From Vicugna vicugna (lineage: Eukaryota): a stretch of DNA of 64,000 nt. Made by a program: the position numbers and the translations under genes. The notes below the pieces were generated by a model. The model worked only from the letters and a program-made list of their open reading frames with translations. It did no database searches and was not told the origin of the DNA. Where the stretch lies: contig MU058213.1 of the NCBI GenBank assembly GCA_013265495.1, positions 1-64,000 of the forward strand, in the 5' to 3' direction. This document shows, in pieces, positions 36,014 through 49,770 of this stretch. The stretch's first letter is position 1. The number at the start of each line of letters is the position of its first letter.

Positions 36014-38877
36014 CTTTCTAAACAAAATTTTCATGGGACTCTTGTGCTCTGGTAAGAGTCAGGTGTGGGTAGCTGAAGCTTCAGCCTTTGCCTCCTCAGA
36101 ACCTCCTTGCCCCTGACACCTTCGAAAACAGCTTCTGAAAATTTCTCAAGAACTCCGAGACTCCAAGTAACACAGTGAAACAACCCATTGTCCTAGCAGA
36201 GATGATATTTACTGAGTACAGTTTGCCCATGTGTTATAGGCATTTTATCTAATTTTAGTCTTTAAAAGAAACACCTTGTGAGATTAAAAAAAATCAGTTC
36301 CATTTTAAAGATGGAGAAATAGAGGTTAAATCTCCTTTATATTGTCTCACAGTTGGTTTCTGTCTGAAGAAGGATTAAAGTCCATCTGTCTGACCCCAGA
36401 GTTCATGCTTTCTCCTCCCCAGCCTGACCCAGACAGACAGCTAGATTTCAAAATCTTGCTGAAGGCCAAGATTTTGGACTGACTAATTCTGCACTCACTC
36501 AGCACATGGGCTGGCAGGTCAGGAGGCCTGACTGGGCTCTGGTATTCTACCCCAATGGCGCCTACCATTCAGTCTGGCTTACCAACTTCCTGTTCTACCC
36601 ACACTGCTTTTTGAGGGTACCAGTGACTTCTCTATCACCAGTCTGATGAATTGTTTGTTCAAAAGACTAAGAAATTTTCACTTCTCTGCTGCCTTTGCAG
36701 AGAACATCTTCTTGAAACAGACTGCTTCTGGTTGTCTTCTAAAGTCTCCGGTCTCAAATCTTTATCTATCTTGTCCTGATTCCTTGTTGTGAGACCTCTT
36801 CTCATTAATCACCCAGGGTAACCCAGTCTTTGGACTCAGGTCTCCTGTTTTGTCCCTCTCCACGTTTATTCTTGGAGACACTCTTTCAAACACTTGTAGG
36901 AGCAAGACCCCTTCTCATCAGGTCTGCCAGTTGCCTAAAGGCACAGTCACCAGGCTTCTTGGGTATTCCAGAATACCCCTATGGTCCCCATAAAACCATT
37001 AAAATATCTTGGAAATTCTAATAGTTTATCATCTAAGTGATGTTTTCCAGGTTGCCTCCTCCCCCACCTTTCCCTACTTGCAGAAGAGCACAAATTCTTA
37101 GACCCTGTATGTTTTGATTTATACTTTGGGTAACACATTTAACATTTCCGAGGAATGTCCCCACTTGGATAAGCACATTTATAGTATCTAAACCATTTTG
37201 AAAAACAACCTCACTAGGTAGTTAATTCCTAAGTTTCTCTTACTTCTAGGGATACCACCGTTCTCTTTGTTTTCCATCTTCCTTCCATTCTTTCATCTAG
37301 TCACCAAGCCTCGCCCATTGTTTGCTCTGAACTCGTCTATGCTTTATCCTCTGCAGTTATTGCCCAGACCAGGGCCTCATCTGTTCACTCCTGATGAGTT
37401 CAAGATTTTAAAAGACTGATCTTCTGGTCAGTAGTATCCCTCAGTCAGGGTCAGTGATACACAGGACAAAACTCTTTTCCTCTGGAATTATTTGTCACAG
37501 GTGTCCACAATCTAGTGACATTCAAAAACCAGGAGCCAGCATCAGAAGACCCTTATTGATCCCCCATTTTCTATTCACTTAATTCAAACTCCTCTGTCTG
37601 ATCCTTAAGGTTTTCTACCAGCATCCTAAATCACCAAGTTCATTGTTCATATTATTCCTCAGTATGGAACTCCTTCAGCCAAAAGAGGAAACCCAAGTTT
37701 GCTGGCCCTTTTTTTAATGTGACCTGATCAGTCTCTCCTCCATGCTTTTCACCCATTTTATCCTACATGTCGTGAATGCCAGCTTTCTGTCAATCTTCAA
37801 ATTTCCCGTCTCAGTGTAGACCCTAGCCCTATATTTTCCTATTCTAGGATTTCTTCTTTAACCCTTTCCAACGTTCAAAATATGTGTTCTAGAGTAAATA
37901 TTTTAGAATTTACTTAGCAAATATCTTATTTGCTATTAAACTAGCTCTGATGAGAAGTTCCCACATTAACTGGAAATAAATATCATTTGGCTGTTAGCTT
38001 CTTCAAGACAAGGACCATGTCTTGTTTAACTTTATATCACCAGTATCTAGTCCAGTGCCAGGGACATACTTTAAGCCAAGTAAATATATATTGAATAAAT
38101 AATCACCACTTTATGGTGTTGGGCCCTTTGGCAAGTTCCTTAAATGCAGAAGAATTTCAGCTTCCTAATCTGGAAAACAGTGTTCAGAATATTAGTATTA
38201 TAGATTATGAACATTAAATAGGAAAACCTGCATAAAGGTCCTAGCACAGAACTTAGCACAGAAAGCTCAATTCATGTGAGTTCACACCTTCCTGTTAAGT
38301 TTTTAGAATTGTCATCAGAATTATTCCCATAGTTTCTGCTGCATATCAGGGTATTGGGTATTTATGTAGGAGCCTCTTCTGGGATAGTACCAAATTCAAT
38401 GGGGGTCCAACGGGAGGAAAATCCACAAGGACTACTGCTTACAATACCTTTGTATATCAGTTTTTGTGTGGGGCCTTGCTGTGACAGTTCTGGCATGCAG
38501 ATATATGCTGGTTTATCTTTTTAGGGGATTCCATAAATGCGTCATCTGTTTGGACACTAGGCTTCATAACGGTAGGGGCCATTTTTCCAGCCCCTTCCTT
38601 ACTTTCCATACAGAAGAGAAATTTTATGATCACAGTTGAACAGCCTTGGGACACGTCAGTGTGTTCCCTGCAATACTGAACTCTGTGTATTTATATCCAG
38701 CAGGGAGAATGAAAATTATTAATCCTGCACTGTTAAATCACTTTCATAGATTTAATAATTTTCATACTTTTGGAGTGGCAATAGTTCCTAAACTGAACTG
38801 TGCCCTCAGTTTTTCTATCTGTAAAGTATGGGCAAGAGTTTGTACTCTTACTTCCTCTTAGGATTAACAATTATGAT

Positions 38878-39050
38878 ACAGAGGAAAGAGCGCTGGACTG
38901 GGAGTCAAGAGAACTGAGCTCTATCCCTTGCTTTCACTAGCTGCACAGACCTTGGGCAAATCACTTTGGCTTGGTTCCCTCATCTCCAAAATGAGAAGTC
39001 TAAATTAAGCAATCTCTGAGTCAGCTCCCAGATTAAGAATGATACGTTTT
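38878..39050 (+). mobile_element. MIR (MIR3-like) SINE
   Basis: GAAAGAGCGCTGGACTGGGAGTCAAGAGAACTGAG..ACCTTGGGCAAATCACTT..CCTCATCTCCAAAATGAG. Confidence 0.8.
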
Positions 39051-42000
39051 TATAGACGTGAAATAAATGGTCCTCTTCTACTGAGAGCTGCTAGATGCGA
39101 GGAGACTTTCTGCACACTTTATAGAGAGGGGGAATTTGGCCTGTGCTATCCATGGTAGGTATGTGGTATCTATGCTCTGACCATATGTGTCTTAGCACCA
39201 CACACCACACAGGAACTCAAAGAGGATGGGCATTTCTGATTGGAGACAAGAGCGCTAGGGAAGAGGAGGCATGGGGATCACTTGGATACTTTTGCACAAA
39301 GATGATTATTATGTTTTGTACAAAAATAGAGCCTATTACCAAGCATTTTCAAATTTCCTAAGCTGCCCAACAGCCCTCTGATTTCTGGTTGGAGGGATTA
39401 CCCATGGGTTCACCCCAGCAGAGAGGGACTGGAAAAAGAAATGGGAGGTTTCCTATTACACCTGTTGGAGAGCTAGTCCCTCCTCTGGGGATGGACTCAA
39501 GTGTAGCAGGTGAAGAACTGCCCTTGGTATTCACTTGATGATCATGCCAAGTTCAAGACAGATCACCTCCAACCCCAAGCCTCTCTGGATCCATATCACA
39601 CCTTAGGATCTGTATGTACCTATATATACCATCATATTTCCCAGTTGTAGGAAAAGAGCCACAGGGTTTCCAGTCAACAGACTTGAGTTGAGGTCCACCA
39701 ACAAACTGTTGGGCCTTGGGCCGGACTCTTCAGGTCTTTGAGCTGACTGATGTTAAGAATCAAAGGAGACGGGGATATGTAAGGTGCTTTGTTCCAGAGT
39801 TAGTCATAGCTGCCTTGGCCCCTGCTCCTTTACAAAAGCTCCTACCCAAATACTGTTTTGGGGAAGTTTTGTTAAATTAGCTCTCTAAGACTAATCCCTT
39901 TGTCAGGGATATTTGAAGAGGGGGCAACAACGTAACCCAGAGGCTTTAGAAACAGAGTGGACAGGGCACTGCAGTCCTGCAATTTTGAAGCAATGTCCTC
40001 GGGAAAAAGCTCTGCTTTCTATAGCATCATCTCACCCACCCCCGACTCCAGCCACACCTGGGTTCCCTTCCCAGCCACCTGAAGTTGGTGGCATGTCACT
40101 TGGCCTGCTTCCTCTCTACCTGTGCAGTCCCTCACTGTTGTGATCCAGGGGATGCCCCCTAGTTAGCCCTGCCTCAGGCTCTGTTCTCACAGAAAGGCTA
40201 CCTCAAAGAGTCCTATCCCACTTGGGATGTGCATCATGGCAAAGAATGGTGACATGCCCTGTGGCCACCACTGCCACAGCCCAGCTGAGTGCCCCCTTCC
40301 AATTCATAGCCTGTGACAGCCATCGAAAATGTGGGATCTAAGTGGTTTCAGTGACAGATTAAAGAGCCTCTCCTGTGAAAAGATGCCTAAATCTTCGCTG
40401 CCAGCCCACCTACTCAGAACTTTTGCATTACTAAGACCAGAAGAGACTATTTGAAGGTCTGTGTAAAGTGGTTGCTTGTGCCACTGTGGCACAAGGAAAG
40501 CGCACTGGCTGAGGAATCCGGGTGTAAACCCCAACTTTGCCATTCACTGTTTAGGTAACATTTCGGCAAACTGCTGAACCCAGTTTACTCATAGGCCAAA
40601 CAGAGATGCTGATGCCTTTGCACAGTTGTTGTGAGGATTAAACAGAGCTGCACATTGTAAAGTACCCAGCCCACAGGGGCTGCTCTGAAGGTTTTTTCTT
40701 GCTTCTCTCTTACCAGAGAAAGAACGTATTATCTCAAGTATGACTGACTCATTGAAGAGGGTTAAAATTTTTTCTGTTAAAAGGCCAATCACTTTTCTGC
40801 CTGATCATTTCAATTCAGGTATTAAGCTGTCCAAAGTAAACAGATTAGTTTGCAGCGAGGATCTCCCACAAAGCAGAACTGTTTGGCAGTCGGTCTGCCA
40901 GCTATTCTCCTCCCCCACCCCATCCCCCGACCCCCAGTCCAATCCCAGCCTAAGGGTCAAAGAAAAAGAGCCATCAAGATTTGTCTGTGATTTTTAGACA
41001 CCAAATAAGGATTATGAGAGAAACTTCTCATTCATGAAACTGAAACTATCCTTTTTCCTGGGACGCCCTCACTAATGGAGAGGTTCATTTGATTTCCTGG
41101 TTTATGATTTATATTGAGATCATTTGTGTCTATGTGTGTGTTTCAGAAGTAACTAATCCAATATAGCAGAATGAGTTGGCTTAGTCTGTAGTGGCCAGTC
41201 TGTTCTAAGTATTTCATTGATTATCTCAAATCCGGTAATTATTTGTCCATTTGGTCAGAGGACTCATTAAGACAGCCAAAATGACAAGCTCTACAGTGCC
41301 ATGGGTCCCCTTTGTTTCCTTATGCATAGATAAAACGTAGAGGACTTTACCTTCAAAGGACATAGTGACTGGATTTGAAAAGTCTTAAAGAACCGCTGCA
41401 AAAACTTAGCTACTATTTGCAACATAAGTGTTACCATCTGCTTTAGTTTTCATTCATATTTAGTAGGCTATGTTACACTTAAAAGTGAAAACACATCCTG
41501 ACACACCAACACCATTAATGTCTTATAGTTATTTATGGAATTTCCTTAACTTAAAGCTGCAGACACGTTTCTACAGTAATGACAAGACTGTAAATATGAG
41601 TACGTTATATCTTTAGTTCTAAAGGACAAAGCTATATGTTTTTGTGCTTTCATAGTACATTGCTTTAAAAAAAAAAGATTCCTGCAATTCATTTGAAAAT
41701 ACCTAAGTTACTAACTTTCAAAGTAATCACAAGAAGGAATTCTTTCTGCCCGAAATTGGTAGCAGTGACAGAAATACAAGTCATAGCAGCTTTTTAAATC
41801 AAGTGTAATCATATTGGGCTGATAAGGAGCCCTGTCTTAACAGAGTAATTGTAGGTTTCAAATTTTCTGGGACCATCTTGATTTTGAATTGGGTACAACA
41901 GTGCCCTGACTCATTGTCAACTCTGTATTAAGACTAAGTATTCCATTTTCTGATTCCAAAAAGATGTCAGTATACAGTTCAATTTAAAGATAAGTGGCAC

Positions 42001-42944
42001 ACACAGTTCTTATAAAAAACAAAAGTATCACTGTCCTAACTTATCTTTCTTGAAACTGCAGTTTTCTGAAGTCTGTTTGCTTAGATCTATGATATCTCTG
42101 TGTAATGTTTCCAAGTTCAACGAGAAAGATTTTTATTTCACCCTCACAAAATATCTCCTTATGCCCTTTGACTACCCTAAGTGGGTTTATCATTACACAG
42201 TCTTTAAAGGGGTTCAGATAAAAAAACAACTGTTCCTCATCTCCAACTCCAATTTTCTAGAAAGACATTTAAGTCTTCAACTCCTGGGTACCTGAAAAAA
42301 GCAAACAAGGTACAGATGGCTGGAATTTCTCCTCTCAGCGTTGGAATGAATCTTTTCTTACAGCAATGAAAACAAATAGAAAAATGCTTACTTTTGTGCT
42401 GTGAATGAGAAAAAAGAAAAAACCAGTCCTTGAATATTTGGAACAAAAGACCATCACTTGCTACTGGAATTGACGCTGGATTGAAAAGCTGAAGTTTGAA
42501 AGTAAAATAATTTTGCTACTCTCTAAATATTTTAGCAGCTTAAAAGTACACTGAAAAAGAAAATACACATATTCCCCTAGCAGTGCACACCACTCGAGGT
42601 AATATTTGCACACTCTTATTTTGCCACAGTGTAGATTTTCTCCCTTCAAATGAAAACCTACATAAATAAACTCTGAAAAGAACAGATTGTTCCCCTCTTT
42701 CATCCTCATGTAAATAAAATATTTTGAGTGAACTGTTTCCTGATTACAAAATTTATGTCCAAGTTGTTTTTAAAAAATCAAGAAGCAATTATTTAATAGA
42801 ACACATTCTATTAAAAGTTAATCAAGACCAACTAATAAGACTTTTAAAAAATGAACATATTTCAAAGAATTTTTTCTCTTCAATAGTTGCATGAGTCTTT
42901 TTTTTCTTTTTTTTTTCAGGAAAATGTGCAAATATCAAGGTTAC

Positions 42945-43037
42945 CTGGGTCTGCTGGTCACTTCTAGTTTTTGGACTCTTGAAGATGGTGAGTTTTGCCA
43001 GTGATGCGCGGCTGTTTAAGAACCGGGTGGCTTTTCT
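42945..43037 (-). other. CYP19A1: CYP19A1 brain-specific untranslated exon 1f (I.f); TSS approximate
   Basis: Minus strand ..GTTCTTAAACAGCCGCGCATCACTGGCAAAACTCACCATCTTCAAGAGTCCAAAAACTAGAAGTGACCAGCAGACCCAG|GTAACC is the highly conserved exon 1f. The donor GT is at 42944-42943. Confidence 0.92.
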
Positions 43038-43430
43038 GGCAATCACTCTTTGTGTGCCATCTTTTATAAAGGTGCTTCTTGTTGCTAAGAGATCAGTTGC
43101 TTAGAGACCAAATCATTTTAAAAAAAATATATATGTCAGGGGCCAACATAAAATTATAACCAAATTTCGTCATTTCAGCTTGCCCTCCGAATGTTTGGCT
43201 TTTGTAATAGATCGTAACGTACCAAGAGAAGCCAGTTACTAATCACAAATAGAAAACGGACCATGAGGAGGAGAAAAGATCTGTGCGTACACTTCCGTGG
43301 ACAGACAGTAATGCCGCCGACTCCCTGGGAGGGAGTGACATCTTCACGGGGCTCTCTGCTGAAACTTTGACTCCTCGTGGGGGTCTGAGGCATGTGCTGG
43401 GAAATGTGGATTTACCTACACGCATGTACC
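43038..43430 (-). promoter_or_regulatory. CYP19A1: CYP19A1 brain promoter 1f
   Basis: TATAAAA at 43068-43062. Conserved TATGTTGGCCCCTGACATA element (43150-43132) with palindromic TATGT/ACATA arms. Half-CRE TGACG at 43172-43168 and a local CpG enrichment. Confidence 0.9.
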
Positions 43431-46400
43431 TGTCCCATGCAAACAAGTGCAATTTGGAGTATGAAGACCTAGGAAGTGTGAAGCTACTTTTGTCTTTTCC
43501 AAAGGAAAATTAAGAGGAAAATGCTACACGTAGGAAAATATTAAGTCAGATCTGAAGTGATCTTTGCCTTTAACTAGATGTTTATATGTGTGAATGACTG
43601 CCACTGCTTCGGGTCCAGGTGTGTATGTGCCAGGAGATGGGGGTTTGCCTACAAAGCAATTATTATCTTCTTCCCTGTGCTCAGGTATAGCCTTATCCAG
43701 GAGACAGCAGTCAAAACTATTGGTTAAGCAGGAAAGGCTTGGCCTTGGGGGTCTTTCTCTCCCCGCTCCTGGTGACTTAGCTCATTTATACCCTCCCCTC
43801 AAATTAACTGTTACCTAAGTATTACCCCTCCCAGGGGCAGGAATATATTTTTAAATGAAAGACTCTTATATTTCCTCAAGGTTCAAATGAATGACAGCAT
43901 TCCAAGCTTCTTAATGGGTAAGATAGGTGATGGTTGGGAGCAAAATTAAGCGAGACACAACCCTTCACTGTGTAACACCAACCACAGCTCCCTCCTCCAT
44001 CTCTTTCCCTACCTCCTCCATCCTTCATAGGTCTCTTTGGTCCCATCTTAGGTGAGAAGATAGCAAGCAAATACGTGGTCAAATACATGCAGTTAAAAAT
44101 CAAGCTAAGAGGTAAAAAAGAGTACTTAGGATCTTACACAGTTTTTCCTTTACTAGCTTCCAGAGTGCTTGCCATTAGAGAAGACTTCATGCCTTTAGCT
44201 TGATTGGTAAAGGACACACTGTGCAGGAGGTGGAGCCAGGGCTAGAGGCCGGGCTGGAAGCGTTGGGTGGGATGACGAAGAAATCTGGCTCTCATTCACT
44301 GTCTTAGCTCTGGTCACTGTCAGATTTGCATCATCTCATCACTCATTTACAAAATAGATGAAGGACCCACAACCAGTTTGAATTTATTCAGAGATACATG
44401 GAAGTTTAAAAAAAATGTACAGCCTGTGCAAATGGGATGGGGCCAGTGTTTAGCAGAAATTCATTACAAGAGGAGATGAAACACTGACTTTCTCCAAGCC
44501 AAGTTATGAGCCAAATGAACACATGGCATTTGAGTGCCAGAGAACAAACTCAGGTAAGCGCCAAGCAAGCATTTTCCCTTAAGATCTCCTCCTCCTTTTC
44601 CATTCCACCCCCCCTAGTTTTTCTTTATTGCCTATTTTTTTTTCTTTTGAGAAAGAAATGGAAGCAGAAAGGAAAGGGATCCAAGACAGAAGAATTACAG
44701 GTAGCAAAAAGCCAGAGAAATTAAAATTTCCAAATACGAGGTCAGTACTTAGGAAATGCTAATTGAAGGACTGAAAGAGGAGGCCAAGGGGGAAAGAGGC
44801 CATGAACTCGACTGTATGTTTCTTGAGGCAAAAACCACCTTATACTTTCTTTCCCCAATTCCAAGTACTTTGTACAGGGCTTTTGCATTTTGAACACAAA
44901 TGCTCTTGTCAAATTCTGAGTCAAAGGAGGGGAAAAAAAGCAGAAAGGGCGGGCCTGAAGAGATTGCACTACTCCTCGGCCCTGTATCCCATGTGCCCAA
45001 TTCCCTCCCAAGCCGTGTGCTCTGCAGACATTTGTATTTTGGACCTCAATCTAAAAATAAAATTACCTGCCCTTTTTGTCCATCCATCCAGCTCTCTCTA
45101 CTCCTTTGGTTCCAGTTTGGCTTTCCCCACCATTGTGGCCATTTACTTTGGATTCTTAATTTCTACCTCTGGGACATGAGGTTCCACATCTACCTTTTGG
45201 CTACCTCTTGCCTATCAGGAGGTAACTCAGGCACCATTCAGGATACCAATCCTTGGTAGACTTCAGAGGCTTTTACCTGCCTGGGTGGAGGTAGGGAAAT
45301 GCAGTGGTCTATGAAGGACCCACTCAATTGTCAACACTGTGTGGCTGAAGGAAATAGGCTTGGATCCATGGGGGCTCTGCCTACGAATGTCCCAAATTAA
45401 AGCTTTGAAAGGAGATTTTTCACATGAATGAAACTGTTTGCACCAAGGAATGTGATCTGGTGCCATTTTGGGTCCTGGAGTACGGCAGACCACTTGTCCA
45501 CAGGTACCTGGACCACAGAGCCCCCACAACCTGATCCCACAACTGCTGGACAGCTGCTCAGTCCATGCAAGCTCCATCTCCCAATCTCAGGAATGGAGGA
45601 GCAGCTAGGAACCCAGAAGTGTAGGCTCCTGCCTCCAGACCAGGAGATGGTACACTTAGAGACATCAAGCCTCAAGGCACCCTCTGCAGAAGTGGTTGTC
45701 ACTGTAGGTGCCTTTCACTGGGGAAAGCAGTGTCCTTTGATGCCACTCCCAACTGAGCACCCAAAGATCCATCTATTGCCTACTGTCCAATTGCTGTAAC
45801 TCCCCCAGGACTTGGTTCTCTTGGCCGAACACCCAAGATACCTTTTCTGTAAGGTTGACACCTTAGCTAAGAAGTAGGAATTGTCTACTCCTATCCTGGG
45901 AAGTTTCCAGTGTAGTGGCCTGCAACTCTGTTCTTATTTCTCCAGGAAACTTCTCAGAAGGGGCCAAATGGCCTAGGAGCATGACCTGCTAGATAAGAAT
46001 GGAGGTTGCTTCAAGTGTTTGAGGTCCTCTCTAGACGGACCTCTGCATGTAGCCTAGAGCAGCTAGTAGAAGCTTGACTGCTACCATGCAAGACTGCTTT
46101 TTCCTAGCAGTTTTACCTTGCTGGGTGCCATTGTGCACCTGGTCAGAAAGCTTTCTGTGGTCAGAAAGCTACTCTTAGAAGCCAGGGCACCAGAGGGCAC
46201 CAGAGGAGGGTCTGCCCTGGAAAAGTCACCTCCAGCAACCCAGCCCAGCAGCTGATATTAAAGAGTAGGGTTTGGGCAGTGGAGAGCAGCAAAGCACAAC
46301 CACCTCCAGTTGAACTTCAGGGCAACTATGGGAGTTGTGAGGTGAAGGGCCAGAGGGTCTGCTCTCCTGAGGACAGCTGCTCATCCTGGCCAGGGGTACT

Positions 46401-49400
46401 GCAACCAAGCTTGCCCTTGGGCTGATTGCCTCTCTGGACTTAAAAATTTTGTCACAATCCACAGAGATTTCTGGCATGCTAAGACCTGAGATACAGAGCG
46501 CTGGGTCAATAATGAGCAGACCTTAGGGCTTGTGTTTATAGCTGCCTTCCCTGATCACATCTCCTCCTGGTCTCGCCGCCTCCTTGCAGTGATAAAGGCC
46601 TTAAGACATCACATTTCATCCTCCCGTTTTCAGCACATCATCACAGCGCTACTCAGGAAAAATTCCTCCAAACACCTTGCTCCACATCCAGATTGTATCC
46701 CAGATTTGTGGGGTACACATCTGTTCAGGGGCACGCCCACCAGTTCTCCAATAATTACCTAAAGAGCAAGGCCAGACAAGTGTATTACTTGGGTGCTCAG
46801 GAAAGATTTGCCCTTGGACCCAGCACCAATGATGGGCCTGATCCAACTTTTCAGGTAATGTACCCGTAACAACCCTCTGCCCCTTCTGTCTTGCTGGAAC
46901 ACCCCTTCTCTCCCCTCCCTCTCCCTCTCCACCCTGGCACAGAAAATATGGCTTCCGCCCATACCACTGTCCCAATGCTCTGGTCACACCAACACTCTGG
47001 CAGCCAGCCTGCCATTGGGAGAGCTACAGCATCCCCCTTCCAGGAAGGCCTCCAAGACACCTTGCTCTGACATGTTGAAGACCACAATGAAGAGCCCACC
47101 AACTACCCCTGGGCTCCAGAGCAGGCACATGTGTCCAACTCTTCTTGTAAGTTACCAGACATTCAAGGCAGCGAGCTCTTGGACTACAATTTGTGTGATA
47201 ATTAACATAACAAAAGAGCAGAGCCTAATAAACAGCACCACACAGTCCAATTTCACTGCTTTTCTTAGAGAAAGAACCATGATGTTCTTCTCATAGATTG
47301 TCTGGCCCTAGTTGACCCTCTTCACAGCCGGTAATTTACCTCTAGTCACTGCCTCTGACAACATTCAGGCATTCATTGTACCCATCTGTTGAGTAGTTTT
47401 CTGAGTGAGCAAAGGATGGGGAGAGGGATGGAAAACAAGAGAAGGATATGCTGTGGTGGGGGAAATGTAGAAGCAAACCAAAGCCAAGGGTCCTCTTGAA
47501 CCTCACAAGGTGCGTACATTACTGTCCACACTGAAAAAATTCCACAGTAACCTACTAACTCTGGTGTCTCCTAATCCTCAAGAGAAAAATGGGAGATAAT
47601 TACTAATTGCAACACAATTATAAACCAACAATATTTTTAGCAAAGTACAGTTAAACTGAGCAAAATTCTTACAAGTCAAAACTAATCTCCCTTCTCCTCT
47701 TTCTCTTGTCTGACTCACCCCTGAGTCCATCTATTCCTGTCTCCCTCCTCTACCTGTACATCCCTCCAAGCCACCTCTCATCTGTAGGTAAGCACACCCT
47801 CCCTCCCACCTTGTCTGTATACACCACTGCTGGGACAGACACACATCTTGAAATGCGGTGGGCTAAGATCAAGGTCAAAAAGCACTAAACTAAACTGCTC
47901 TGTCTTCAGGCATGTTTTGTTGGGTTTTCTCCTTGCCTTTAAGATTGATTCCTGTTTGAACCACAATCTTCAACCAGCAGGGTACAAAGTACTTCTTTAT
48001 TTCACTCTGCACATAGCATTTCAAAGCCAAGTGTAAGTATGCCTTAACCGCCAGACTTGTCCAAAGCCCACTGTGTAAGGGCACCAGTCCTTCAATAGCT
48101 TAAAGGGAAACCTCAAAAGAACAAATGTTCTCCTGTTGTATGTGCTCCTGGCACCATCACCTCCTCCCCATTCAGGGCTTCCCAACTTATTTTCATCCTG
48201 CAGGAGGTTTGTTGATCTGTAAGCATGGAGCAGGCATCCAGTGGAAGGGTTGATGAAAATCACCCAGAAGGAAATGAAAGGCAAGGAATCCACGCACAGG
48301 AGATACACTGGCCTACATGCAAGAGGTCGACACTTCATACCCGTGACATCTTGAAGGAGGTAAGCAGTGGCAGATTCAGAATACACCTCTAGGCCTTTAG
48401 AAGGGACACAAGGTGCTGCTCCATTCTTGCTAAGGCTGGCTCCAGCAGAAAAAGCTTTCAGTTCATCCTCCCTATCATGTTCATCCATGGGGCGGCATTG
48501 ATAGAGCACAGGGACAACATGAGTGTTCCTCCTACACATAAATCATCCAGATGACACTCACTCCGAACGAAAAATACCTCTAGGAATGAGCTAGAAAATT
48601 GGATCAGTCTTTCCTTACTTGCCTCTCCTGTTTTTCCCAGTCCCCTAGACCAACCCTAATCAAAATATAGAGAATTACAATGTTTAAGGAAAGAACAACC
48701 CAGCCTTTTAAGCCAAGAGAGAGAGTGGCTAACAGCTGCCGTGAGCTTAACATGATTGTTTCCAAGAGGCGCTGCTAAAGCAATGTGAACCTTGGTGCAA
48801 ATCAGGGAAGGTCAGTTTTGAAGCAACCAGGAACTTGAGCCCACTTCAACTTAGGGCTTTTTATAATGCTGCTTCCGTGAGGGTGTTGTGAGCCTTCTCA
48901 GGTTCTTGGGCAGCTGTGGCTCAGACTTTGGTACCGCGGCTCTGCAGAAGGTCCCAGTTCCCACAGCTGCCCCCGCAGGCCCCTCCTCCTCTCCTTGGCC
49001 CAAACACCTGTGCCCTAACTCTGCCCCAGCAGGTCTCCACCCTGCTCTCAAATGGCACCCCTCCTCCAAAGGGTCAGTTAAAACCCCCAAAGTGATTATT
49101 AAGCTGACTCCTGATTCTCCTCAATGATGCAGGGCTAAAACTGAAAGGAAACAAAAGCACCACCTTCTGGACATCCAACCCAAAGTAGGTCCAGGTCGCC
49201 AACCGATTTTATTGGCAACTGATAGGAAACTCTGGCTGTGTGCATCTTGGAGGTGGGGCGTGAATTGAAGGTGCAATGTTAAGTTCAGTGCCTCAGTGAA
49301 ATGGTCCATGGGTGACTAGATTTGATATATATATATGCGTGCTAAAGAGTATTATTGGAGTAGAATGTAGTAATAAAAATCTGTTTTCATATACTGATTT

Positions 49401-49593
49401 AGAAGCACCATGGATTTGACAAATCATCTCAAGGCTCTGGAGTCTCTGTTTTTCCTTAGCCTATCTCCCTTAAGAGCTCATGAACTTCTCAAGAGTAAGG
49501 ACCATGTCTTACTCATATTCCTGTCCCTAGAGTCCTGATGCCTGTAGCCCTCAATAGTTGGGCAGTGAGTTTTGAAAGAATAAAACTGTTTAC

Positions 49594-49770
49594 CCTTTGC
49601 CTTAAGTCCTCATCCTCTACCTTCCCTGGGTGTCCTCGCGTCCTGACAGCGGAGCTGCCTGAGCTCTCCATCCTGCCGCATTCCCAGACCAGTCATGCCT
49701 TGAGACAGGGATTCTTATTCAAGCAGCCACAGCTCTCCCACTGTCCAAAGTGTGGTACCAACTGGCTTCC
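49594..49770 (-). other. Candidate untranslated exon, tentatively homologous to human CYP19A1 exon I.5
   Basis: Minus-strand TTTGGACAGTGGG (49749-49737) resembles human exon I.5 sequence as recalled (unverified). It lies upstream of 1f, as in human. Possible donor AGG|GTAAAC (GT 49593-49592). Confidence 0.3.

Noticed and set aside
46140..46206. Short tandem duplications TGGTCAGAAAGCT x2 and AGGGCACCAG x2
   Set aside because: Ordinary slippage-scale duplications with no further structure.
48021..48539. Longest non-L1 ORF (172 aa, minus strand)
   Set aside because: No recognisable domain or family motif and unremarkable composition; compatible with chance in six frames of 64 kb.
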